A DNA stretch of 60,475 nt from Intoshia linei (taxonomy: Eukaryota; Animalia; Orthonectida). The DNA is taken from positions 1 through 60,475 of the forward strand of contig LWCA01000072.1 in NCBI GenBank assembly GCA_001642005.1, written 5' to 3'. How positions within the stretch are numbered: the stretch's first letter is position 1; each line of letters opens with the position of its first letter. Shown here in pieces: positions 24,949-36,538 of this stretch. A model generated the notes under the pieces. The model was not told the DNA's origin. It ran no database searches and worked only from the letters and a program-made list of their open reading frames with translations. Both the position numbers and the translations under genes were made by a program.

Positions 24949-27345
24949 TCATCGAAAATATTCTTGTATATAAACTCGATTATTCTTGAAAAGTGTATTA
25001 TTATATTCCTTGATAATTTCGTCAATGTTGATTCCCGGTTTCAATCCAATGACGGCAGAATGTATGTCTCGATCTTTAAACAACCAAATATCACTAGAAG
25101 ACAAATGAATTGGCGAAAAAAATTTTATAGCATCCAATCTGGAAAAAGACGCTGTAAGATTTTGAATCACAATGATACTGTAAGATCTTGGGATATGTGA
25201 TGCCATTTTTCGCATGTATTTTAAATCAGCCGGTCTGAATTTTCGTTCAAACTCTTCTCTGTGGTCTTTGGTATTGGAAGCTTCAAAATATTTTGATTTG
25301 TGAATTTTTATACGATCAAACATTTCGGAAATTAAAATCTTTTTAATACGAAGTTTAGTACCCAGAACAGGTTTAGAAGATAATGATGATTTCATAATAT
25401 TATCCAACTCTTCAGGTGTAGGTGTTCTAATATAAGCAGTGCCTAAACATTGTCCATTTTTATCAAATTCAATATAAATCCAAGATTCAACCAATTTTGT
25501 AGGATATGTTGCATCAATTAAATGAGCATGTTTAATGCGAGGAGGTAACATTGAAACACAAACAGCAAACTCATGTGGAGTTGTGTTCAACCTTGACTTA
25601 ATACTAGGTTTTTTAGTTAAACGGGATTCAATGCGCCGTATATCCATTGATTCTTCAGGTAATTCATTGAGTTCAACACTAAGTCTATCATGCATACCGT
25701 TAGCCGACACTGAATGTATGGATTCAACATAATTGTTAAAATCTTCGACAGTACAAAATTTTAATTCTAGAGGTATACAACCATTTGTACTCACCTTGTC
25801 CAAACGCATGGCTATTTTGCAATCTTCAACAGAAGCAAATTTAATATAACATGACGAATACTTTGAATCACTACACGGAATTAATTTAATACCACCACTA
25901 ACAATAACCGACATTCCAAAAAATTTACGTATGAGTTTATAAGAAGGACATCGGGGAATATTTTCAGCTAGAATATATTTTGATTCAAAAACTTTTCGAG
26001 ACGTGGGTACATTTTTGGCACCAAACGACCTAAAATTGCGTTGATCGGAATCTCTTCTATAAGATTTATTGGCTTTTTCTATATTTTCCTGGATTTTTTT
26101 TTCTTTCAAAAAGTTTATAAATTCCATTGTCAATTTGGGGTCCTTAAATGTTTTCATAAAAGAACTCCCTTTTACCTCGGGGATATTAAAGGCATCGTTA
26201 ATATTGTCAAATTTTGAAGATTTCGATGTATATTTGAATTCTCTTTTTGGTGACAAACCCGGTGAGATATTTACAGATCTAGACATGGATACACGTTTTC
26301 CCCTTTGAGATCTCTCCTCATTGCCATTAGACCTACGCGGAGAAGTTCTTCGAACATCATTGTATTTAGGAGGTGCATATTCGCGTTCATCGTTACGCCC
26401 CACTGGAGAAACATGTCTTGATTTGATTGGTCGATGCCTTGAAGATTCGTGATTAGGTTCAATTCCTCTCTTTGATGTCGTTCGTACTCTACCAGGTGAT
26501 CGTCTCGGAGAGTATTTGAATCTATGTCGATCGTAGTCTGATTCATTTCGACGAGATCGTTCTCTAGAGTATTTTCTGTCCCTAGAACGTCGCCTCTCCG
26601 TATAAGACGTTTCGTTTAGTTTAACATCCATTTTTTTATGTTCTTTATAAACAAAATCTGAATAATCATTGAGAGGGGATTGCCGTTTAGCTCTATAAAA
26701 AGAATCCGATTGTGTGGACAAATTTGGTTTGGTATATTCTTCAGTTCTCCTACCATTGTTTATAATCGGAATAGAACTGTTAGACGTGTTTTGTACATCC
26801 AAAAGAGCATTTTTTATTAATTCAATTTGTTTTGGGTTCATTTGTTGCAACATGTGACTTATGACTTTGCCATTATTGTTAAAACCACTATCTGATGTAG
26901 GGTAAATGTTATAATTTCCAATAGGCTGTATAGGGACTACCATTGGATTGTTATTTAAGTTTTGAGGAATAAGATTTAAATTTGGAGGATTAATATTCAA
27001 ACCAGAGTGATTTTGAGTCATGATAGGTTGATTCATTGGCTGCTGAGCGGGTATAAAATTATTGATAGGCTGAGTTTGCGTAAAAGAAGGCTTAAGAGTA
27101 AAAATTTCACCCATTTCGTTGGCATTGCTTAATGATAATGAAATTTTTTGATTGCATAAAGTATCTCCATGCAACATCATTGCTCGACGTGCGTCGTCTT
27201 CAGTAGAAAATCGTATAAAAGTATCTCCATCAATTCCAATATGAACACCACCATCCGGTATATTCATTCCTCTAAAAAAATTTCGTACATCTCCGGCAGT
27301 AGCATAATAAGCTAGGTTTTGTAGACGCACTATTACACTTGACAT
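24949..27345 (-). CDS. RBM12: RNA-binding protein 12 homolog (798 aa; about four RRMs plus an RS/RE-rich region; single coding exon)
   Basis: VIVRLQNL...DVRNFFRGMNIPDGGVHI...FIRFSTEDDARRAM matches the RBM12 N-terminal RRM signature. Probable 5' UTR intron at about 27352-27443. Confidence 0.9.
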   Translation of the reverse strand: MSSVIVRLQNLAYYATAGDVRNFFRGMNIPDGGVHIGIDGDTFIRFSTEDDARRAMMLHGDTLCNQKISLSLSNANEMGEIFTLKPSFTQTQPINNFIPAQQPMNQPIMTQNHSGLNINPPNLNLIPQNLNNNPMVVPIQPIGNYNIYPTSDSGFNNNGKVISHMLQQMNPKQIELIKNALLDVQNTSNSSIPIINNGRRTEEYTKPNLSTQSDSFYRAKRQSPLNDYSDFVYKEHKKMDVKLNETSYTERRRSRDRKYSRERSRRNESDYDRHRFKYSPRRSPGRVRTTSKRGIEPNHESSRHRPIKSRHVSPVGRNDEREYAPPKYNDVRRTSPRRSNGNEERSQRGKRVSMSRSVNISPGLSPKREFKYTSKSSKFDNINDAFNIPEVKGSSFMKTFKDPKLTMEFINFLKEKKIQENIEKANKSYRRDSDQRNFRSFGAKNVPTSRKVFESKYILAENIPRCPSYKLIRKFFGMSVIVSGGIKLIPCSDSKYSSCYIKFASVEDCKIAMRLDKVSTNGCIPLELKFCTVEDFNNYVESIHSVSANGMHDRLSVELNELPEESMDIRRIESRLTKKPSIKSRLNTTPHEFAVCVSMLPPRIKHAHLIDATYPTKLVESWIYIEFDKNGQCLGTAYIRTPTPEELDNIMKSSLSSKPVLGTKLRIKKILISEMFDRIKIHKSKYFEASNTKDHREEFERKFRPADLKYMRKMASHIPRSYSIIVIQNLTASFSRLDAIKFFSPIHLSSSDIWLFKDRDIHSAVIGLKPGINIDEIIKEYNNTLFKNNRVYIQEYFR

Positions 27346-27642
27346 TTGATTCTATGCAATAAAAAATATAAATTTATATAATTACAGAATTTTTTGTTGA
27401 TATTTTGCAATTAGTTTTACAAACAAATTATATTTTTAATTTACCTTGAATGCTCGTGTGATAATAAATACAAATAAACTTCTCAGATTAGGTTACTATA
27501 GAGTTATAGTATGTTTCTATAACAATTGAGATCATAGTCAAATTTAAATTTGTCTGCTTGCAATCAATAATCACAAGGCAACACATCCGTTGTTAAATTA
27601 AGTATTAACAAATTTATGAATAGAAAATTTAATTACAAAAAA

Positions 27643-30600
27643 CTATATTTTTTTTTTAGTATCTTTAATTTTGCTAATAACCTGGTTATAATCGAAATTT
27701 TCTACTGGTGCAGAAGTGGACGCTTTTCGGAATTGCATTTCATTGTATTTATATTTATCGAAATTTCTCGCCGCACTTTTGGCTTGATAGTAATCTATAG
27801 GAAATTTTAATTAAATTCAATACTTTTTATCATACTTTCTTTTAAACTATCTATAAAATTTGGAGTTGATATTCCAGTCTTGCTTTGATTAAATTTGTGC
27901 ATAGGTAATGGTTTTACAATTTTTAGCATTGATTGTATTTTTTCGTTTTTGAGCAACAAAGTGAATATAATCGCCATACAATTTGATGACAGCCAATAAA
28001 TTCCCAACATCTTAATTTTATATTTTAATTTAAAACATTAGATATCGGAAATGAAAATTTTAACAAAAATTAAAACGAATCAATGTTTTGTAAATTAACC
28101 CGATACTTAAAAATAAGACTGATACAGTCAATCTAGAACAGGGGTGCACAACCTTTCCACCAATTCAGCCACAATGCTACTTTTCTCATTGATACTACGA
28201 CCGCACAAAATTTACTTCGACATTAAGAAAGTTTACTCTGGACCTAAATTTTAGGTCTAATAAAATAGTTTTCTTTATATTTTAATGAGTCAGTTTTAAT
28301 TAAAATTAATCCTTAGTTCACTCATATAAATTAACACCATATTTGTCATTTAACTGAATCGGAATAAATAGCAATAGTAGGATTAATGCAGTGCTTCTCA
28401 TGGGGGTGACTGGTCACTCAAAGAGTGTGAATATGAAAATTTAGATAATTGTAGGCTAATTTACAATTTTACCAATCCTAAAGGAAGAAATCCCTTTTTA
28501 CCAATATTTTTTTTAAAAATCCACTTTTACCAAATTTTTAGATCAATAATTCTTCTGACTAATTCCATTAGAAAAAACCTAATTTAAAAAAAATTTGAAA
28601 AATCTCCTTTTACTAATAATTTAAATAATTTAATAATATTATATTAATAATTTAATAACTTAAAAAACATTAATTATTACTTTTTGGGTGAATAATTAAT
28701 AATAATTGGACAATAGAAAAAAATTCCATTAAATATCGATTTGTTCACACATTAGAATGGAAGACATAAAAAAATATGTAAATATTAATAATGACATAAT
28801 AAAAAAAAAAATCAGTGACTGCCTTGTTTTTGTGTGCCTTTCGCTAACATTTGAGAAACTGGGGCAAAGTCCAGAATGTAACTTTATGATTAAAATATTT
28901 TAAATAGACCTTGAATAAAATTTCATTTTAACTTTTAAATTTGAAGTAAAATGATATATTGCATTATGATCAAATGTATTGCCCACGGCCGCACATAAAC
29001 GCTCTCACGGCCACACGTTGTGCACCCCTGATCTAGAAGCATAACTACAATTTCCGTTTAATATTATGTGATTTATGTAGTTTTAATTTCATGATACATA
29101 AAAAATGAATACCGCTGGAAATTTGCAAATAAATATAAATGAAATAAATGGCATAGTTCGCAAAAACCATTTCATATTATTTGTTATTTGGGATACTTTT
29201 GTACTTTCTGTACCCAGTTCCAAACAAATCAAAATCGACAATGAAGTTAATGTTGGTAAAATGTAATATGGGTCCGCCAAGTTTAATGAAGTCAACCATC
29301 CAATCTTTTCACTAAAATAATACGCATATTTAAATAATACATCTTTAAATGCACAATTGAAACTTTGAAAAGTCAATTAATTTCAAAAATTTGAGTTTTC
29401 AGTTTTCGACAATAAACAAATTAAAAAAGTAATCCTTTTTATCTTATCATCACATCCATATAATAATAAATATAAAATTACTCTAGAATTGGTAAGTTGG
29501 CTGATGTAATACTTCTAATGGAAAAAAAACTTGAAAAAAATAAAGGCGTCTAAAATTAATAAAATTATGATAATTTTAAAAATATATTTGTATTGTATAC
29601 ATTACATGTATTGCGGACAACAAAAAGGGAAAGTTTGAAATAACTTATAATGAAATTTTTAATTAATATAACAGAAAACAGTTAATGAAGCTGCTCAGAA
29701 GTTTAGGTATAGGCCATATTTATTTTCAACATTGAGTCAATAATATTCTATGTAATTGGGCAAAACCATATGATTTGCTTAAAAAAAGTGAAAGTTCATT
29801 TATCGATCATAAAAATTAAATATTATCATTTAAAAATACTCTTGACATGACTCTAAATCAATACTCTAAAATAAACTAGGAAAGAGTCATTGGCATGTGG
29901 GTTGCAGGAACGACACAAACGGAAATATCTAATAATCTGAATTATTACCTCGTAGTCGTAAAAAAATATGAGAAAGGCGGTTAACTGACCCGTCAATATT
30001 ATTCCCGTAGATATTCAAAATTAACTTTGCAATTATCCTCCAAATACTCTATAATATTGGCAGGGACTAAAAACCAATTCCGTTAAAATATGTAATCAGG
30101 TAAAAACATTTAAATATTGATCTTTCTCCAAAAAGCGTTCGGAGATATTATACTCAATTGGATTTAATATATGTTTCTCCAATAAAGTCACCTAATATTT
30201 CCGAAAATCATAGGTTTAAGCGAAAAAAACTATTTTTATCCTTTATTGAAAAACCCAACGAATTTTGAAAAACCGTTATTTGGTCGGATGAATTAAAAAT
30301 AATGTTACATAATTATAGTGGTATGGAAAAATTTTTTTTGATTTGGTAGTGTAATGTAATGAAGTCGTTTTTCCTACCAAAAGACTGGAAAGTTAAAAAC
30401 TGTTGATAAAACCATAAATTCAATTGAATACATAAATATTCGAAGAAATTGGGCTTCATTTTTTCAAATTTAGCTTTAAAAAATTATATTATTGGTCATC
30501 ATAACTATTTAGTGTTATATTTAAAATGTAAAGTCGAGATCCTTAGAAGAGTGGCTAGGGCAATATCACACAAAGCATCGTTTTCGAACAAAAATTTTTA

Positions 30601-32673
30601 GGGGCCTATTTTTCATTTTCGGATTGCATTGAGCTGGGTAGGTTCGACTCTTACCTAATGAACATTAACCATTTTTATAAAAAAAATAAATTTTTATATA
30701 GAAACTTTATTCAACTAAACAATTATATCCATATAGATTAGGGGTGTCAGACTCAATTTGCTTGGCGGGCCAAATATAAATCAACTTATTACGCGGGCCG
30801 TACAAAAAAATCTTAACTCAAAAAATTATGTTAAAACTAACAGACTTAATTAATTTGTAATAATTTTAATTGATAAAATGAAATATAAAACAATAAAATA
30901 AAATAAGTGTCAAAATAATATTAAAATTGTAATGAAACAATAAATCATGAAAAATATATGAAAAAACTGTAAAATAAGAAATATGTGTAATTAAATTGTT
31001 ATAAATCATAAAAATTTTTATTATAACGCGGGCCGCATAATTGACTCCACTGATCTATTTGCAAAATAAAACTCCATGCACCCAAACAAACACGATGATT
31101 TATAACCAACAAATATGATAAACGCGTAACTTTGTGAAATTGAAATCATTAAAAAAATGTTAATCTGAGGTTTTAATGGTATGAAATGTATATTTTAGAG
31201 GTTTAGATTTATAATAATAATTATTATGCTTTGACAAACGATCCCATAAACTTTTTTTATTGTTTTATAAACTTCTAAGATTTTTTTAAAAAAAAATGTA
31301 ATTTGACTTTTTGACCCTGAAAGACAATTTCTGAAAATGAAATTTGCGATAAAATCAATGATTAGACATAATGAAAAACTGTACTAAAAATTAAATTTTT
31401 AAAATTTTAGCAGTTTTAATTTTTTAATTAAACCGTAACACAAACATTCAATTTTATATAAGTAAATGATGCAAAAATTTCAAATACACTAAAACTTTTT
31501 CAAACGCACCCTAGGTTGAATAATTAGATTTATTATTAAATTTTAAAGTTCTCACTTCAGATCAGTGGTTCTCAAATACGGTTCTGCTGACTACTACAGC
31601 AGTTCTTCTCATTGGGGTGACTGGTCATCCCAATGAATGATAAATTTATAGCATATTTTATTCAATTTAAAATCTAAGAAAAAACCAAAATTTTACCAAG
31701 CCTTCAGGAAAAATCTCATTTTACCAATATTTTTTTGAATAATCCCATTTTACCCAAACTCATAGATCAAAAATCCCTCTATTTGATCCCAAAAGAAACA
31801 ACCTAAATTACATACCCTTAAGGAGTAACACCGCTTTTACCAATATTTTTCTGATTAATCCCATTTTACCAAAAATTAATATTTTAAAAATAAAATAATT
31901 CAAATTGTTCAGAAGGCCGCACTTTCCCCACCTCTGTACAAGATCTTAACACAGTAAAGTCATAATAATTTTGTTACGTCTATTAACCGTTAAATTCTTT
32001 TAAATTAAAAAATGAATGTTTAAACTGACATACCTGAATAATTGGAGGTAACATTGATTTAAATGCATTCTTTCGTACCTTTTCCAAATCCTTCATTTCC
32101 ATAGCGACTATACTTACTAAAAATAATACCAAATGAAATTTTAAATAGTACAATCATTAGGATTTCTCGAATTCATGGCTGTTTTCATTCTCTGTTGAAC
32201 CTTCATTAGCCTTGGAATATCATTGGAAAACTGAGCAGTGTATTTCCGTGCCATTATATTAATCGGTAGTGTAACAGACCTAATAAATACTCCTAAAGCG
32301 ACGGCAGTAGCCCACCAAGGTAAATCCAAGTTGTGAACATTTTCCAAAAATATTTGAATCCAACCTACGGGCGTGTAACTACATCCAAAACCGTAATCAT
32401 ACAAAGAATTTGAAAAGGTATCTGCAACTGGTTCAAAGTTAATAAATTCAGTTTGATTAGATGCAAACGGAGGAGTAGGTATTTCAAAATTTTTAGCTTC
32501 ATTAGACACATTGACATCAAACGCACTTGATTTGTTAGCCCAACAAATACGTTGATATTTAGCTTTTGACGCAAATTTTAAAATGTGCCTCGTCTAAAAT
32601 ATTTATGTAGATTTAAATACACTTGTAACTTGTAATTTTAAATTACGTGAATTAATTTGGTGCTTTTAAACAT
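27643..32673 (-). CDS. OXA1L: Mitochondrial inner-membrane insertase OXA1 (YidC/Oxa1 family), about 7 exons
   Basis: YTPVGWIQIFLENVHNLDLPWWATAV...IRSVTLP; PPIIQ|TPLFFSSF; GWLTSLNLADPYYILP; GIYWLSSN. Exons approx. 32673-32647, 32593-32150, 32117-32034, 29529-29482, 29311-29113, 28010-27835, 27795-27643. Confidence 0.9.
28139..29030. mobile_element. hAT (Charlie/Buster-type) MITE in an OXA1 intron, with a nested element at about 28389-28861
   Basis: TIR CAGGGGTGCACAAC...GTTGTGCACCCCTG; perfect 8-bp TSD ATCTAGAA at 28131-28138 and 29031-29038. Confidence 0.9.
29610..30430 (+). mobile_element. Tc1-like transposase remnant
   Basis: HTH-like RVIGMWVAGTTQTEISN and DDE motif VIWSDE near 30280; interrupted frames. 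Confidence 0.65.
30739..31052 (+). mobile_element. hAT MITE (family of 47979-48527)
   Basis: Starts AGGGGTGTCAGACTCAATTTGCTTGGCGGGC and ends GCGGGCCGCATAATTGACTCCACTG; decayed TSD. Confidence 0.75.
31563..31935. mobile_element. Nested hAT-type MITE remnants
   Basis: CAGTGGTTCTCAAA start; internal block CTTCTCAT.GGGGTGACTGGTCA and repeated TTTTACCAA motifs shared with 28389-28620. Confidence 0.55.
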
Positions 32674-32709
32674 TTAGGTTAAATTTTAAGAAGACTTTAA
32701 ATTTATTGA

Positions 32710-33796
32710 ATGTTTAGTATTTTTAGAAATTTAATAAAATTTAGCTCACGATTGAATAAAAATAGATGGAAAAGTGGAAATTCAAAGCATAATTATGCTA
32801 AAACTGACAAAAAGGCTGATTCAAGAATGTTATACCGGAAAATTGTGACAAATTGGTGTTTGACCATTTCCATATTCATGCTGGGGTTTGCTTATGCTGG
32901 TGTTCCCTTATATCAAAGATTTTGTAAAGTATGTTTATTTTATTATTTTTCCTTAATTAGCAGAGCATTGGAGCCGGTGGACAAGTGGCTGATGCTGCCA
33001 ATTTTCAAAAAAAGAAAAAACCTGGTCTAGTTGATAAGCTTAAAAATTCTGGTCATTTAAAATCCAAAAAAGTTTATACTGTTCATTTTTATGCTGATGT
33101 TTATTCCAATATGGCCTGGAATTTTCGTCCTGCTCAAAAAACTGTTAAGGTATTCTTTTATTTAAATTTATTAATCTTTCTTGGTGCATGTTAATATTTA
33201 GGTTGCCGCAGGGGAGACTGCATTAGCATTTTATAAAGCTAAGAATCCTTCGGATGAACCAATTATTGGAATTTCTACCTATTCTGTCCACCCTTCATCT
33301 GCCGGATTGCATTTTAATAAAATCCAAGTACGATTTAATGTTAATGTTAAATTGAATGTAAACTTAAGTTGCTATTAATCCAAAATTGCGCTTAAAGAGC
33401 GTGTATCAGGACCAGACCTGTAGTGTAATAAAATTGTACTAATTTAATATTTTGATAATGGATATTTTTTATTTCCTAGGGACATATATCTTTACACGGG
33501 TTTGATTTAATGTAGTATTTATGATTGTAATTTTAGTGCTTTTGTTTTGAAGATCAATTGCTCAATGCTCACGAAGAGGTAATTAATATATCATGATTTA
33601 CGATTATAAATTTACATTATTTCATTAATATTTAACTGTTTAGGTTGATTTACCTATATTCTTCTTTCTGGATCCAGATATCGAAAACGAAGAAACTATG
33701 AAAGGAGTTACAGATATATACCTTTCATATACCTTTTTTAAATCAAAAAACAACAGCATTTTCAATATACCACAAAAAATACCAATAAAAATTTAA
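32710..33796 (+). CDS. COX11: Cytochrome c oxidase copper chaperone COX11, 5 exons
   Basis: Exons 32710-32928, 32961-33149, 33202-33327, 33537-33578, 33644-33796, all phase 0. Motifs AYAGVPLYQRFC, WNFRPAQ, GETALAFY, FNKIQ|CFCFEDQ (Cu-binding CFC), VDLPIFFFLDP, LSYTFF. Confidence 0.95.
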
Positions 33797-33848
33797 AATA
33801 GTTTTTAAACATTTTATTCAAAAATATACATTTTTTGGTAATTTATAT

Positions 33849-35580
33849 TCACGAGTCATGAATTTCGTTTTCTTTTTCATAGTGATTTACGTTTGATAAT
33901 TTTTTCTGTTTAAAATAATACTTGAATGGAAATAATTTTATCAATATTAATAAAATTGCAGCTATAATTATTGGTATAAATATCAATACATAAAAAAATA
34001 TTTTTTTATATTTTCCTCGGTAGGATTGTGAATTCATATCTTGTTTATCTAAATTATTTTCAATTTTAATGTGTACTTTATGTATTTTTACATTCTACGC
34101 ATCGAAAATCATTGGGTTTAGAACAAGATACACATGTAAATTTTTCTGTGCACATTTCAGAGTCTATATGACACTTTTCTCCCTGTTTTTTAATTGTGGT
34201 TACTAAAATTGTAAAGTTTTTAAATTTACAATTTAATAAATTACCTTCATTTAAAACGCACATAATTTTTAATTGTTGGTATATTATTTTGTAGGGACAC
34301 GTACATTCATTGTTGTCACATAAAAATCCAGAATCACATTCATTGTGTGTTTCACATTGTTGAGTTTTTTCTACAAATAATTATATTATAATACCTATTC
34401 GTATAAAGTAATTTGGGAAGGTTTTGAACAACACCAATTTCTAAGACAGTTTTTCTTGTGAGATTATATCGAAAATGTCATTTAGAAAAAATTGACAAAA
34501 TAGGTTTTTATTTTTTCTGGAATTTATGCTATTTATAACAATTTTTAGGATTCGACAGTTTTTACTTTATTTTTAATATTATACACACTTTCTGTCTAAT
34601 AAATTCAAAAAATGGGATAACAATCGTTTTTAAAATTCTTTACGCAAATTTTAACAAACAAAAAATTAAGATGGAATAATTCACTTTAAAGTAAAAAGTA
34701 ATGTAATATGATGGTTCCATCTGAAACAATTTTGGGAACTACTCCTTTAAAAGATTTATAATAGTGAATAGTAGGATTTTAAGTTATATTTTCAACATGA
34801 ATTTACTTTTTTAGTAGAATAAAAATGTGCCATCGGCAGAGCTAGGTGCTGTTTGTACGTAGTGCATAACAGTCAACCTTGTTTTTATTATAAAAGTATT
34901 GAAAATTGCTCATAGGGTCGCAGCAACTGATAAGTCTGCATTTTGCTTCTGTAGTGTGACACTGAAAAAACTTTTGACGGACACTGTATTGTTAACACCC
35001 GGGCAACAAAATATGGGCAACCATTCAATCAAAGACTATTCGTCGAATATAGGAACTTGAATTCGTGTTGTCAAGTATAATAATATTTTTTGACTGCAAT
35101 TTTGGATTACAAATGGTAACATACAATAGTAAAGAATAAATCAAAAACCATTATTTTTTTTACAAATAAAATAATATGCTTGTTTATTTACTTTTTTAAC
35201 GAACGTTACATTTAGGGAACGTTGGTTTCGTTAAACTGAGGTTTGACTGTAATTAGAATAATCGTATTTAAAAATATAATATAAATTTTAAATACCTTTG
35301 TAGCACCCTCCATTGATTTCATTATAATGAGGTAAACATATACATATCCCATTCTCATTACAATCTGTGTTTGATATCGAATAAACGTTTTCTAAATTAA
35401 TGTAAATTATTTCATTTTATTACCATGTTTTTGTAGACAAATTTGTTTAGAACCACATCGTTCTCCCAACAAACGATACCTCATTGAAATACATATATTT
35501 TCAGCTATTTTACGTTTTGGGTAATTGCATTTACAATCTTCACAATATATAATTTCCTCGCATCCGTGACAAAAATCCGT
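33849..35580 (-). CDS. Cys-rich (EB/EGF-like repeat) single-pass membrane protein; 5' end not resolved
   Basis: Spliced pieces: FCHGCEEIIYCEDCKC...LGERCGSKQIC; DCNENGICICLPHYNEINGGCY; CETHNECDSGFLCDNNECTCP; GEKCHIDSEMC; then TM IFFYVLIFIPIIIAAILLILI and a short tail. Possible upstream exon near 35960-36050. Confidence 0.7.
34470..34881 (+). mobile_element. Helitron family A 3' portion
   Basis: Ends with the family hairpin and GTCAACCTTG. Confidence 0.8.
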
Positions 35581-36538
35581 TACTAAATCAAGAAATTATC
35601 ATTTTGTATATATTCATCAGTATAGTCATCGTATATGTTATTGTATCAAATATCCCACATTAGCCCACAGAATAATGATCGTAGTCCTTTAAGTAAATTT
35701 GCAAATTATTTATTATTAAAATTTTCAACTTTAAAACACCGTTTTAAATTTTTTCTACAATAGTTGGCTCAATATAATCATTTTAATACTGATTTTTCAG
35801 ATCGTCCCGGATTTTATTTTATTTAATATACTAGACCCTTTTCTCTCCAGTTAAAATTGAAATCTATCCTGTAAATTTTCAAAAACGGGGCCCATATAAT
35901 GTTTTCATATAAAAAAGTGGTCCGAGATGCAAAAGGTTGCCGATTACTACATTAAAGCCTACACATCCCGGTGGCATCTGATTCTTACCCGACCGTGCCC
36001 TTCAATATTCTATTACCAAATATTTTGCAAATTCTTTAATTTACAATTTAACTTTTATATAATTTTGGCTTGTAAATGAAAAAATTCTGCAAAAATTAAT
36101 TTAATTAAACCTCAAATCAATATTAATCAGAATATACAAATAGATCTATACCAAATGTTTTTCCAATTGTAGTTTCAGTTAATTTTTTTTAATTTTAGTA
36201 TTTTAATTTGATTTTTTCTAATCAAAGCAATCAATTCGAATTACTTGAAAAAATAAATTGAACTAATTCCGCAATAAATACATTCAGCTACTAAATAGTA
36301 CTGCGTGAAAAACTAACAAGCTAGTATAATGTTTCCTAATCTTGGGGCTAGGAAAATTTTGCGGATTTACTGGAATTATAAAAACTTTAGATTAATTTAA
36401 TGTTAATTTTTTACAATACTAGCTTGGCTGTTATGTAATTCGTCAAACAGTAATTAGATCTGTTTAGGATCGACTTTTTAATTGGTTTTAAGTTAATGAG
36501 GTTGTGATTTATGATAATGCTCATGATTTTATAAGATA

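Noticed and set aside
24964-26546. Overlapping and antisense ORFs within RBM12
   Set aside because: Shadow frames of a long CDS.
30625-30656. tRNA B-box-like GGTTCGACTC
   Set aside because: No cloverleaf; lies in a hAT MITE fragment.
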